64,000 nt of DNA from the NCBI GenBank assembly GCA_964016885.1, contig OZ024740.1, positions 389,918,001-389,982,000 on the forward strand, in the 5' to 3' direction. This DNA comes from Eledone cirrhosa. Its lineage: Eukaryota. A program made the translations under genes and the position numbers. The notes under the pieces are model-generated. The model saw only the letters and a list, made by a program, of their open reading frames with translations. It searched no databases and was not told the origin of the DNA. Every line of letters begins with the position of its first letter. Positions within the stretch are counted from its first letter, which is position 1. This document shows, piece by piece, positions 1 through 14,200 of this stretch.

Positions 1-192
1 AACCTCTTGTCGGAGTCGGAACCTCTATTTATTCATGTTCAGTCGGAGTCAGAACCTCTATTTATTCATGTTCTGTCGGAGTTAGAACCTCTGTTTATTC
101 ATGTTCTGTCGCAGTTAGAACCTCTATTTATTCATGTTCTGTGGGAGTTAGAACCTCGATTTATTCATGTTCTGTCGGAGTTAGAACCTCTG

Positions 193-3160
193 TTTATTCA
201 TGTTCTGTCGCAGTTAGAACCTCTATTTATTCAATATCTGTCGCAGTTCGAACCTCTTGTCGGAGTTAGAACATCTATTTATTCATGTTCTGTCGGAGTC
301 AGAACCTCTATTTATTCATGTTCTTTCGGAGTTAGAACCTCTGTTTATTCATGTTCTTTCGGAGTTAGAACCTCGATTTATTCATGTTCTGTCGGAGTTA
401 GAACCTCTATTTATTCATCTTCTGTCGGAGATAGAACCTCTATTTATTCATGTTCTGTCGGAGTTGGAATCTCTATTCATTCATGTTCTGTCGGAGTTAG
501 AACCTCTGTTTATTCATGTTCTATCGGAGTTAGAACCTCTATTTATTCATGTTCTGTCGCAGTTAGAATCTCTATTTATTCAATATCTGTCGCAGTTAGA
601 ACCTCTTGTCGGAGTCAGAACCTCTATTTATTCATGTTCAGTCGGAGTCAGAACCTCTATTTATTCATGTTCTGTCGGAGTTAGAACCTCTGTTTATTCA
701 TGTTCTGTCGCAGTTAGAACCTCTATTTATTCATGTACTGTGGGAGTTAGAACCTCGATTTATTCATGTTCTGTCGGAGTTAGAACCTCTGTTTATTCAT
801 GTTCTGTCGGAGTCAGAACCTCTATTTATTCATGTTCTGTCGGAGTGAGAACCTCTATTTATTCATGTTCTGTCGGAGTTAGAGCCTCTATTTATTCATG
901 TTCTGTCGCAGTTAGAACCTCTATTTATTCAATATCTGTCGCAGTTAGAACCTCTTGTCGGAGTTAGAACATCTATTTATTCATGTTCTGTCGGAGTCAG
1001 AACCTCTGTTTATTCATATTCTGTCGGAGTCAGAACCTCTATTTATTCATGTTCTGTCGGAGTTAGAACCTCTGTTTATTCATGTTCTGTCGCAGTTAGA
1101 ACCTCTTGTCGGAGTCAGAACCTCTATTTATTCATGTTCTGTCGGAGTCAGAAACTCTATTCATTCATGTTATGTCGGAGTCAGAACCTCTATATATTCA
1201 TGTTCTGTCGGAGTTAGAACCGCTGTTTATTCATGTTCTGTCGGAGTCAGAACCTCTATTTATTCATGTTCTGTCGGAGTTAGAACCTCTGTTTATTCAT
1301 GTTCTGTCGCAGTTAGAACCTCTATTTATTCATGTTCTGTCGCAGTTAGAATCTCTATTTATTCATGTTCTGTCGGAGTCATAACCTCTATTTATTCATG
1401 TTCTGTCGGAGTGAGAACCTCTGTTTATTCATGTTCTGTCGGAGTTAGAACCTCTATTTATTCATGTTCTGTCGGAGTTAGAGCCTCTATTTATTCATGT
1501 TCTGTCGCAGTTAGAACCTCTATTTATTCAATATCTGTCGCAGTTAGAACCTCTGGTCGGAGTCAGAACCTCTATTTATTCATGTTCTGTCGGAGTCAGA
1601 AACTCTATTCATTCATGTTATGTCGGAGTCAGAACCTCTATATATTCATGTTCTGTCGGAGTTAGAACCGCTGTTTATTCATGTTCTGTCGGAGTCAGAA
1701 CCTCTATTTATTCATGTTCTGTCGGAGTGAGAACCTCTGTTTATTCATGTCCTGTCGGAGTTAGAACCTCTATTTATTCATGTTCTGTCGGAGTTAGAGC
1801 CTCTATTTATTCATGTTCTGTCGCAGTTAGAACCTCTATTTATTCAATATCTGTCGCAGTTAGAACCTCTGGTCGGAGTCAGAACCTCTATTTATTCATG
1901 TTCTGTCGGAGTCAGAAACTCTATTCATTCATGTTATGTCGGAGTCAGAACCTCTATATATTCATGTTCTGTCGGAGTTAGAACCGCTGTTTATTCATGT
2001 TCTGTCGGAGTCAGAACCTCTATTTATTCATGTTCTGTCGGAGTGAGAACCTCTGTTTATTCATGTCCTGTCGGAGTTAGAACCTCTGTTTATTCATATT
2101 CTGTCGGAGTCAGAACCTCTATTTATTCATGTTCTGTCGGAGTTAGAACCTCTATTTATTCATGTTCTGTCGGAGTTAGAACCTCTATTTATTCATGTTC
2201 TGTCGGAGTTAGAACCTCTATTTATTCATGTTCTGTCGCAGTTAGAATCTCTATTTATTCATGTTCTGTCGGAGTTAGAACCTCTATTTATTCATGTTCT
2301 GTCGGAGTTAGAACCTCTGTTTATTCATGTTCTGTCGGAGTGAGACCCTCTATTTATTCATGTTCTGTCGGAATTAGAACCTCTATTTATTCATGTTCTG
2401 TCGGAGTTAGAACCTCTGTTTATTCATGTTCTGTCGGAGTGAGACCCTCTATTTATTCCTGTTCTGTCGGAGTTAGAACCTCTATTTATTCATGTTCTGT
2501 CGGAGTTAGAACCTCTGTTTATTCATGTTCATTCGGAGTTAGAACCTCGATTTATTCATGTTCTGTCGGAGTTAGAACCTCTGTTTATTCATGTTCTGTC
2601 GGAGTCAGAACCTCTATTTATTCATGTTCTGTCGGAGTGAGAACCTCTGTTTATTCATGTTCTGTCGGAGTTAGAACCTCTATTTATTCATGTTCTGTCG
2701 GAGTTAGAGCCTCTATTTATTCATGTTCTGTCGCAGTTAGAACCTCTATTTATTCAATATCTGTCGCAGTTAGAACCTCTTGTCGGAGTTAGAACATCTA
2801 TTTATTCATGTTCTGTCGGAGTCAGAACCTCTGTTTATTCATGTTCTGTCGGAGTTAGAACCTCTATTTATTCATGTTCTTTCGGAGTTAGAACCTCTGT
2901 TTATTCATGTTCTTTCGGAGTTAGAACCTCGATTTATTCATGTTCTGTCGGAGTTAGAACCTCTATTTATTCATCTTCTGTCGGAGTTAGAACCTCTATT
3001 TATTCATGTTCTGTCGCAGTTAGAATCTCTATTTATTCATGTTCTGTCGGAGTTGGAATCTCTATTCATTCATGTTCTGTCGGAGTTAGAACCTCTGTTT
3101 ATTCATGTTCTGTCGGAGTGAGACCCTCTATTTATTCATGTTCTGTCGGAGTTAGAACCT
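193..3160. repeat. Satellite block duplicated at +9,210 bp (copy at ~9,403-12,470; offset becomes 9,309 after a 3-monomer indel near 2,550)
   Basis: Identical or near-identical ORF translations at 257/9,467, 955/10,165 and 2,043/11,253 (offset 9,210) and at 2,780/12,089 (offset 9,309). 9,210 = 267x33 + 21x19, and I count 21 short units in the interval. Confidence 0.9.
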
Positions 3161-3689
3161 CTGTTTATTCATGTTCTGTCGGAGTCAGAACCTCTATTTA
3201 TTCATGTTCTGTCGGAGTGAGAACCTCTGTTTATTCATGTTCTGTCGGAGTTAGAACCTCTATTTATTCATGTTCTGTCGGAGTTAGAGCCTCTATTTAT
3301 TCATGTTCTGTCGCAGTTAGAACCTCTATTTATTCAATATCTGTCGCAGTTAGAACCTCTTGTCGGAGTTAGAACATCTATTTATTCATGTTCTGTCGGA
3401 GTCAGAACCTCTGTTTATTCATGTTCTGTCGGAGTTAGAACCTCTATTTATTCATGTTCTTTCGGAGTTAGAACCTCTGTTTATTCATGTTCTTTCGGAG
3501 TTAGAACCTCGATTTATTCATGTTCTGTCGGAGTTAGAACCTCTATTTATTCATCTTCTGTCGGAGTTAGAACCTCTATTTATTCATGTTCTGTCGCAGT
3601 TAGAATCTCTATTTATTCATGTTCTGTCGGAGTTGGAATCTCTATTCATTCATGTTCTGTCGGAGTTAGAACCTCTGTTTATTCATGTT

Positions 3690-6600
3690 CTATCGGAATT
3701 AGAACCTCTGTTTATTCATGTTCTTTCGGAGTTAGAACCTCTATTTATTCATGTTCTGTCGCAGTTAGAATCTCTATTTATTCATGTTCTGTCGGAGATA
3801 GAACCTCTATTTATTCATGTTCTGTCGGAGTTAGAACCTCTATTTATTCATGTTCTGTCGCAGTTAGAATCTCTATTTATTCATGTTCTGTCGGAGTTAG
3901 AACCTCTATTTATTCATGTTCTGTCGGAGTTAGAACCTCTATTTATTCATGTTCTGTCGCAGTTAGAATCTCTATTTATTCATGTTCTGTCGGAGTTAGA
4001 ACCTCTATTTATTCATGTTCTGTCGGAGTTAGAACCTCTATTTATTCATGTTCTGTCGCCGTTAGAATCTCTATTTATTCATGTTCTGTTGGAGTTAGAA
4101 CCTCTATTTATTCATGTTCTGTCGGAGTTAGAACCTCTGTTTATTCATGTTCTGTCGGAGTGAGACCCTCTATTTATTCATGTTCTGTCGGAGTTAGAAC
4201 CTCTATTTATTCATGTTCTGTCGGAGTTAGAACCTCTGTTTATTCATGTTCATTCGGAGTTAGAACCTCTGTTTATTCATGTTCTATCGGAATTAGAACC
4301 TCTGTTTATTCATGTTCTTTCGGAGTTAGAACCTCTATTTATTCATGTTCTGTCGCAGTTAGAACCTCTTTTCGGAGTTACAACCTCTATTTATTCATGT
4401 TCTGTCGGAGATAGAACCTCTATTTATTCATGTTCTGTCGGAGTTAGAACCTCTGTTTATTCATGTTCTGTCGCAGTTAGAACCTCTATTTATTCATGTT
4501 CTGTGGGAGTTAGAACCTCGATTTATTCATGTTCTGTCGGAGTTAGAACCTCTGTTTATTCATGTTCTGTCGGAGTCAGAACCTCTATTTATTCATGTTC
4601 TGTCGGAGTGAGAACCTCTGTTTATTCATGTTCTGTCGGAGTTAGAACCTCTATTTATTCATGTTCTGTCGGAGTTAGAGCCTCTATTTATTCATGTTCT
4701 GTCGCAGTTAGAACCTCTATTTATTCAATATCTGTCGCAGTTAGAACCTCTTGTCGGAGTTAGAACATCTATTTATTCATGTTCTGTCGGAGTCAGAACC
4801 TCTGTTTATTCATGTTCTGTCGGAGTTAGAACCTCTATTTATTCATGTTCTTTCGGAGTTAGAACCTCTGTTTATTCATGTTCTTTCGGAGTTAGAACCT
4901 CGATTTATTCATGTTCTGTCGGAGTTAGAACCTCTATTTAGTCATGTTCTGTCGGAGTTAGAACCTCTATTTATTCATGTTCTGTCGGAGTTAGAACCTC
5001 TATTTATTCATGTTCTGTCGCAGTTAGAATCTCTATTTATTCATGTTCTGTCGGAGTTAGAACCTCTATTTATTCATGTTCTGTCGGAGTTAGAACCTCT
5101 GTTTATTCATGTTCTGTCGGAGTGAGACCCTCTATTTATTCATGTTCTGTCGGAGTTAGAACCTCTATTTATTCATGTTCTGTCGGAGTTAGAACCTCTG
5201 TTTATTCATGTTCTGTCGGAGTGAGACCCTCTATTTATTCATGTTCTGTCGGAGTTAGAACCTCTATTTATTCATGTTCTGTCGGAGTTAGAACCTCTGT
5301 TTATTCATGTTCATTCGGAGTTAGAACCTCCGTTTATTCATGTTCTATCGGAGTTAGAACCTCTATTTGTTCATGTTCTGTCGCAGTTAGAATCTCTATT
5401 TATTCAATATCTGTCGCAGTTAGAACCTCTTGTCGGAGTCAGAACCTCTATTTATTCATGTTCAGTCGGAGTCAGAACCTCTATTTATTCATGTTCTGTC
5501 GGAGTTAGAACCTCTGTTTATTCATGTTCTGTCGCAGTTAGAACCTCTATTTATTCATGTTCTGTGGGAGTTAGAACCTCGATTTATTCATGTTCTGTCG
5601 GAGTTAGAACCTCTGTTTATTCATGTTCTGTCGGAGTCAGAACCTCTATTTATTCATGTTCTGTCGGAGTGAGAACCTCTGTTTATTCATGTTCTGTCGG
5701 AGTTAGAACCTCTATTTATTCATGTTCTGTCGGAGTTAGAGCCTCTATTTATTCATGTTCTGTCGCAGTTAGAACCTCTGTTTATTCAATATCTGTCGCA
5801 GTTAGAACCTCTTGTCGGAGTTAGAACATCTATTTAATCATGTTCTGTCGGAGTCAGAACCTCTGTTTATTCATGTTCTGTCGGAGTGAGACCCTCTATT
5901 TATTCATGTTCTGTCGGAGTTAGAACCTCTATTTATTCATGTTCTGTCGGAGTTAGAACCTCTGTTTATTCATGTTCATTCGGAGTTAGAACCTCTGTTT
6001 ATTCATGTTCTATCGGAATTAGAACCTCTGTTTATTCATGTTCTTTCGGAGTTAGAACCTCTATTTATTCATGTTCTGTCGCAGTTAGAATCTCTATTTA
6101 TTCATGTTCTGTCGGAGTTAGAACCTCTATTTATTCATGTTCTGTCGGAGTTAGAACCTCTATTTATTCATGTTCTGTCGCAGTTAGAATCTCTATTTAT
6201 TCATGTTCTGTCGGAGTTAGAACCTCTATTTATTCATGTTCTGTCGGAGTTAGAACCTCTATTTATTCATGTTCTGTCGCAGTTAGAATCTCTATTTATT
6301 CATGTTCTGTCGGAGTTAGAACCTCTATTTATTCATGTTCTGTCGGAGTTAGAACCTCTATTTATTCATGTTCTGTCGCAGTTAGAATCTCTATTTATTC
6401 ATGTTCTGTCGGAGTTAGAACCTCTATTTATTCATGTTCTGTCGGAGTTAGAACCTCTGTTTATTCATGTTCTGTCGGAGTGAGACCCTCTATTTATTCA
6501 TGTTCTGTCGGAGTTAGAACCTCTATTTATTCATGTTCTGTCGGAGTTAGAACCTCTGTTTATTCATGTTCTGTCGCAGTTAGAACCTCTATTTATTCAT

Positions 6601-9385
6601 GTTCTGTGGGAGTTAGAACCTCGATTTATTCATGTTCTGTCGGAGTTAGAACCTCTGTTTATTCATGTTCTGTCGGAGTCAGAACCTCTATTTATTCATG
6701 TTCTGTCGGAGTGAGAACCTCTGTTTATTCATGTTCTGTCGGAGTTAGAACCTCTATTTATTCTTGTTCTGTCGGAGTTAGAGCCTCTATTTATTCATGT
6801 TCTGTCGCAGTTAGAACCTCTTGTCGGAGTTAGAACATCTATTTATTCATGTTCTGTCGGAGTCAGAACCTCTGTTTATTCATGTTCTGTCGGAGTTAGA
6901 ACCTCTATTTATTCATGTTCTTTCGGAGTTAGAACCTCTGTTTATTCATGTTCTTTCGGAGTTAGAACCTCGATTTATTCATGTTCTGTCGGAGTTAGAA
7001 CCTCTATTTATTCATCTTCTGTCGGAGTTAGAACCTCTATTTATTCATGTTCTGTCGGAGTTGGAATCTCTATTCATTCATGTTCTGTCGGAGTTAGAAC
7101 CTCTATTTATTTATGTTCTGTCGGAGTTAGAACATCTATTTATTCATGTTCTGTCGCATTTAGAACCTCTGTTTATTCATGTTCTTTCGGAGTTAAAACC
7201 TCTGTTTATTCATGTTCTGTCGCAGTTAGAACCACTATTTATTCATGTTCTGTCGGAGTTAGAAGCTCTATTTATTCATGTTCTGTCGCATTTAGAACCT
7301 CTGTTTATTCATGTTCTGTCGGAGTTAGAACCTCTTGTCGGAGTCAGAACCTCTATTTATTCATGTTCTTTCGGAGTTAGAACCTCTATTTATTCATGTT
7401 CTGTCGCAGTTAGAATCTCTATTTATTCAATATCTGTCGCAGTTAGAATCTCTTGTCGGAGTCAGAACCTCTATTTATTCATGTTCAGTCGGAGTCAGAA
7501 CCTCTATTTATTCATGTTCTGTCGGAGTTAGAACCTCTATTTATTCATGTTCTGTGGGAGTTAGAATCTCGATTTATTCATGTTCTGTCGGAGTTAGAAC
7601 CTCTGTTTATTCATGTTCTGTCGGAGTCAGAACCTCTATTTATTCATGTTCTGTCGGAGTGAGAACCTCTGTTTATTCATGTTCTGTCGGAGTTAGAACC
7701 TCTATTTATTCATGTTCTGTCGGAGTGAGAACCTCTGTTTATTCATGTTCTGTCGGAGTTAGAACCTCTATTTATTCATGTTCTGTCGGAGTTAGAGCCT
7801 CTATTTATTCATGTTCTGTCGCAGTTAGAACCTCTATTTATTCAATATCTGTCGCAGTTAGAACCTCTTGTCGGAGTCAGAACCTCTATTTATTCATGTT
7901 CTGTCGGAGTTAGAAACTCTATTCATTCATGTTATGTCGGAGTCAGAACCTCTATATATTCATGTTCTGTCGGAGTTAGAACCGCTGTTTATTCATGTTC
8001 TGTCGGAGTCAGAACCTCTATTTATTCATGTTCTGTGGGAGTTAGAACCTCGATTTATTCATGTTCTGTCGGAGTCAGAACCTCTATTTATTCATGTTCT
8101 GTCGGAGTGAGAACCTCTGTTTATTCATGTTCTGTCGGAGTGAGACCCTCTATTTATTCATGTTCTGTCGGAGTTAGAACCTCTATTTATTCATGTTCTG
8201 TCGGAGTTAGAACCTCTGTTTATTCATGTTCATTCGGAGTTAGAACCTCTGTTTATTCATGTTCTATCGGAATTAGAACCTCTGTTTATTCATGTTCTTT
8301 CGGAGTTAGAACCTCTATTTATTCATGTTCTGTCGCAGTTAGAACCTCTTTTCGGAGTTACAACCTCTATTTATTCATGTTCTGTCGGAGTTAGAACCTC
8401 TATTTATTCATGTTCTGTCGGAGTTAGAACCTCTGTTTATTCATGTTCTGTCGGAGTTAGAACCTCTTGTCGGAGTCAGAACCTCTATTTATTCATGTTC
8501 TTTCGGAGTTAGAACCTCTATTTATTCATGTTCTGTCGCAGTTAGAATCTCTATTTATTCAATATCTGTCGCAGTTAGAACCTCTTGTCGGAGTCAGAAC
8601 CTCTATTTATTCATGTTCAGTCGGAGTCAGAACCTCTATTTATTCATGTTCTGTCGGAGTTAGAACCTCTGTTTATTCATGTTCTGTCGCAGTTAGAACC
8701 TCTATTTATTCATGTTCTGTGGGAGTTAGAACCTCGATTTATTCATCTTCTGTCGGAGTTAGAACCTCTGTTTATTCATCTGCTGTCGGAGTCAGAACCT
8801 CTATTTATTCATGTTCTGTCGGAGTCAGAACCTCTGTTTATTCATGTTCTGTCGGAGTTAGAACCTCTATTTATTCATGTTCTGTCGGAGTTAGAGTCTC
8901 TATTTATTCATGTTCTGTCGCAGTTAGAACCTCTATTTATTCAATATCTGTCGCAGTTCGAACCTCTTGTCGGAGTTAGAACATCTATTTATTCATGTTC
9001 TGTCGGAGTCAGAACCTCTATTTATTCATGTTCTTTCGGAGTTAGAACCTCTGTTTATTCATGTTCTTTCGGAGTTAGAACCTCGATTTATTCATGTTCT
9101 GTCGTAGTTAGAACCTCTATTTATTCATCTTCTGTCGGAGATAGAACCTCTATTTATTCATGTTCTGTCGGAGTTGGAATCTCTATTCATTCATGTTCTG
9201 TCGGAGTTAGAACCTCTATTTATTCATGTTCTGTCGGAGTTAGAACATCTATTTATTCATGTTCTGTCGCATTTAGAACCTCTGTTTATTCATGTTCGGT
9301 CGGAGTTAGAACCTCTTGTCGGAGTTAGAACCTCTGTTTATTCATGTTCTTTCGGAGTTAAAACCTCTGTTTATTCATGTTCTGT
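3690..9385. repeat. Satellite block duplicated at +21,041 bp (~24,730-30,425); its ~4,200-7,900 part is also present at +12,143
   Basis: Matching ORFs at 4,503/16,646/25,544, 6,821/18,964/27,862 and 8,585/29,626. Rare variants GGAGATAG, TCGCCGTT and TTTAGTCAT recur at the same offsets. Confidence 0.88.
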
Positions 9386-11280
9386 CGGAGTTAGAACCTC
9401 TATTTATTCATGTTCTGTCGCAGTTAGAACCTCTATTTATTCAATATCTGTCGCAGTTCGAACCTCTTGTCGGAGTTAGAACATCTATTTATTCATGTTC
9501 TGTCGGAGTCAGAACCTCTATTTATTCATGTTCTTTCGGAGTTAGAACCTCTGTTTATTCATGTTCTTTCGGAGTTAGAACCTCGATTTATTCATGTTCT
9601 GTCGGAGTTAGAACCTCTATTTATTCATCTTCTGTCGGAGATAGAACCTCTATTTATTCATGTTCTGTCGGAGTTGGAATCTCTATTCATTCATGTTCTG
9701 TCGGAGTTAGAACCTCTGTTTATTCATGTTCTATCGGAGTTAGAACCTCTATTTATTCATGTTCTGTCGCAGTTAGAATCTCTATTTATTCAATATCTGT
9801 CGCAGTTAGAACCTCTTGTCGGAGTCAGAACCTCTATTTATTCATGTTCAGTCGGAGTCAGAACCTCTATTTATTCATGTTCTGTCGGAGTTAGAACCTC
9901 TGTTTATTCATGTTCTGTCGCAGTTAGAACCTCTATTTATTCATGTACTGTGGGAGTTAGAACCTCGATTTATTCATGTTCTGTCGGAGTTAGAACCTCT
10001 GTTTATTCATGTTCTGTCGGAGTCAGAACCTCTATTTATTCATGTTCTGTCGGAGTGAGAACCTCTATTTATTCATGTTCTGTCGGAGTTAGAGCCTCTA
10101 TTTATTCATGTTCTGTCGCAGTTAGAACCTCTATTTATTCAATATCTGTCGCAGTTAGAACCTCTTGTCGGAGTTAGAACATCTATTTATTCATGTTCTG
10201 TCGGAGTCAGAACCTCTGTTTATTCATATTCTGTCGGAGTCAGAACCTCTATTTATTCATGTTCTGTCGGAGTTAGAACCTCTGTTTATTCATGTTCTGT
10301 CGCAGTTAGAACCTCTTGTCGGAGTCAGAACCTCTATTTATTCATGTTCTGTCGGAGTCAGAAACTCTATTCATTCATGTTATGTCGGAGTCAGAACCTC
10401 TATATATTCATGTTCTGTCGGAGTTAGAACCGCTGTTTATTCATGTTCTGTCGGAGTCAGAACCTCTATTTATTCATGTTCTGTCGGAGTTAGAACCTCT
10501 GTTTATTCATGTTCTGTCGCAGTTAGAACCTCTATTTATTCATGTTCTGTCGCAGTTAGAATCTCTATTTATTCATGTTCTGTCGGAGTCATAACCTCTA
10601 TTTATTCATGTTCTGTCGGAGTGAGAACCTCTGTTTATTCATGTTCTGTCGGAGTTAGAACCTCTATTTATTCATGTTCTGTCGGAGTTAGAGCCTCTAT
10701 TTATTCATGTTCTGTCGCAGTTAGAACCTCTATTTATTCAATATCTGTCGCAGTTAGAACCTCTGGTCGGAGTCAGAACCTCTATTTATTCATGTTCTGT
10801 CGGAGTCAGAAACTCTATTCATTCATGTTATGTCGGAGTCAGAACCTCTATATATTCATGTTCTGTCGGAGTTAGAACCGCTGTTTATTCATGTTCTGTC
10901 GGAGTCAGAACCTCTATTTATTCATGTTCTGTCGGAGTGAGAACCTCTGTTTATTCATGTCCTGTCGGAGTTAGAACCTCTATTTATTCATGTTCTGTCG
11001 GAGTTAGAGCCTCTATTTATTCATGTTCTGTCGCAGTTAGAACCTCTATTTATTCAATATCTGTCGCAGTTAGAACCTCTGGTCGGAGTCAGAACCTCTA
11101 TTTATTCATGTTCTGTCGGAGTCAGAAACTCTATTCATTCATGTTATGTCGGAGTCAGAACCTCTATATATTCATGTTCTGTCGGAGTTAGAACCGCTGT
11201 TTATTCATGTTCTGTCGGAGTCAGAACCTCTATTTATTCATGTTCTGTCGGAGTGAGAACCTCTGTTTATTCATGTCCTG

Positions 11281-14200
11281 TCGGAGTTAGAACCTCTGTT
11301 TATTCATATTCTGTCGGAGTCAGAACCTCTATTTATTCATGTTCTGTCGGAGTTAGAACCTCTATTTATTCATGTTCTGTCGGAGTTAGAACCTCTATTT
11401 ATTCATGTTCTGTCGGAGTTAGAACCTCTATTTATTCATGTTCTGTCGCAGTTAGAATCTCTATTTATTCATGTTCTGTCGGAGTTAGAACCTCTATTTA
11501 TTCATGTTCTGTCGGAGTTAGAACCTCTGTTTATTCATGTTCTGTCGGAGTGAGACCCTCTATTTATTCATGTTCTGTCGGAATTAGAACCTCTATTTAT
11601 TCATGTTCTGTCGGAGTTAGAACCTCTGTTTATTCATGTTCTGTCGGAGTGAGACCCTCTATTTATTCCTGTTCTGTCGGAGTTAGAACCTCTATTTATT
11701 CATGTTCTGTCGGAGTTAGAACCTCTGTTTATTCATGTTCATTCGGAGTTAGAACCTCTGTTTATTCATGTTCTATCGGAGTTAGAACCTCTATTTATTC
11801 ATGTTCTGTCGCAGTTAGAACCTCTATTTATTCATGTTCTGTGGGAGTTAGAACCTCGATTTATTCATGTTCTGTCGGAGTTAGAACCTCTGTTTATTCA
11901 TGTTCTGTCGGAGTCAGAACCTCTATTTATTCATGTTCTGTCGGAGTGAGAACCTCTGTTTATTCATGTTCTGTCGGAGTTAGAACCTCTATTTATTCAT
12001 GTTCTGTCGGAGTTAGAGCCTCTATTTATTCATGTTCTGTCGCAGTTAGAACCTCTATTTATTCAATATCTGTCACAGTTAGAACCTCTTGTCGGAGTTA
12101 GAACATCTATTTATTCATGTTCTGTCGGAGTCAGAACCTCTGTTTATTCATGTTCTGTCGGAGTTAGAACCTCTATTTATTCATGTTCTTTCGGAGTTAG
12201 AACCTCTGTTTATTCATGTTCTTTCGGAGTTAGAACCTCGATTTATTCATGTTCTGTCGGAGTTAGAACCTCTATTTATTCATCTTCTGTCGGAGTTAGA
12301 ACCTCTATTTATTCATGTTCTGTCGCAGTTAGAATCTCTATTTATTCATGTTCTGTCGGAGTTGGAATCTCTATTCATTCATGTTCTGTCGGAGTTAGAA
12401 CCTCTGTTTATTCATGTTCTGTCGGAGTGAGACCCTCTATTTATTCATGTTCTGTCGGAGTTAGAACCTCTATTTATTCATGTTCTGTCGGAGTTAGAAC
12501 CTCTGTTTATTCATGTTCATTCGGAGTTAGAACCTCTGTTTATTCATGTTCTATCGGAATTAGAACCTCTGTTTATTCATGTTCTTTCGGAGTTAGAACC
12601 TCTATTTATTCATGTTCTGTCGCAGTTAGAATCTCTATTTATTCATGTTCTGTCGGAGTTAGAACCTCTATTTATTCATGTTCTGTCGGAGTTAGAACCT
12701 CTATTTATTCATGTTCTGTCGCAGTTAGAATCTCTATTTATTCATGTTCTGTCGGAGTTAGAACCTCTATTTATTCATGTTCTGTCGGAGTTAGAACCTC
12801 TATTTATTCATGTTCTGTCGCAGTTAGAATCTCTATTTATTCATGTTCTGTCGGAGTTAGAACCTCTATTTATTCATGTTCTGTCGGAGTTAGAACCTCT
12901 ATTTATTCATGTTCTGTCGCAGTTAGAATCTCTATTTATTCAATATCTGTCGCAGTTAGAACCTCTTGTCGGAGTCAGAACCTCTATTTATTCATGTTCA
13001 GTCGGAGTCAGAACCTCTATTTATTCATGTTCTGTCGGAGTTAGAACCTCTGTTTATTCATGTTCTGTCGCAGTTAGAACCTCTATTTATTCATGTACTG
13101 TGGGAGTTAGAACCTCGATTTATTCATGTTCTGTCGGAGTTAGAACCTCTGTTTATTCATGTTCTGTCGGAGTCAGAACCTCTATTTATTCATGTTCTGT
13201 CGGAGTGAGAACCTCTGTTTATTCATGTTCTGTCGGAGTGAGACCCTCTATTTATTCATGTTCTGTCGGAGTTAGAACCTCTATTTATTCATGTTCTGTC
13301 GGAGTTAGAGCCTCTATTTATTCAATATCTGTCGCAGTTAGAACCTCTTGTCGAAGTTAGAACATCTATTTATTCATGTTCTGTCGGAGTCAGAACCTCT
13401 GTTTATTCATATTCTGTCGGAGTCAGAACCTCTATTTATTCATGTTCTGTCGGAGTTAGAACCTCTGTTTATTCATGTTCTGTCGCAGTTAGAACCTCTT
13501 GTCGGAGTCAGAACCTCTATTTATTCATGTTCTGTCGGAGTCAGAAACTCTATTCATTCATGTTATGTCGGAGTCAGAACCTCTATATATTCATGTTCTG
13601 TCGGAGTTAGAACCGCTGTTTATTCATGTTCTGTCGGAGTCAGAACCTCTATTTATTCATGTTCTGTCGGAGTTAGAACCTCTATTTATTCATGTTCTGT
13701 CGCAGTTAGAACCTCTATTTATTCATGTTCTGTCGCAGTTAGAATCTCTATTTATTCATGTTCTGTCGGAGTCATAACCTCTATTTATTCATGTTCTGTC
13801 GGAGTGAGAACCTCTGTTTATTCATGTTCTGTCGGAGTTAGAACCTCTATTTATTCATGTTCTGTCGGAGTTAGAGCCTCTATTTATTCATGTTCTGTCG
13901 CAGTTAGAACCTCTATTTATTCAATATCTGTCGCAGTTAGAACCTCTGGTCGGAGTCAGAACCTCTATTTATTCATGTTCTGTCGGAGTCAGAAACTCTA
14001 TTCATTCATGTTATGTCGGAGTCAGAACCTCTATATATTCATGTTCTGTCGGAGTTAGAACCGCTGTTTATTCATGTTCTGTCGGAGTCAGAACCTCTAT
14101 TTATTCATGTTCTGTCGGAGTGAGAACCTCTGTTTATTCATGTTCTGTCGGAGTTAGAACCTCTGTTTATTCATATTCTGTCGGAGTCAGAACCTCTATT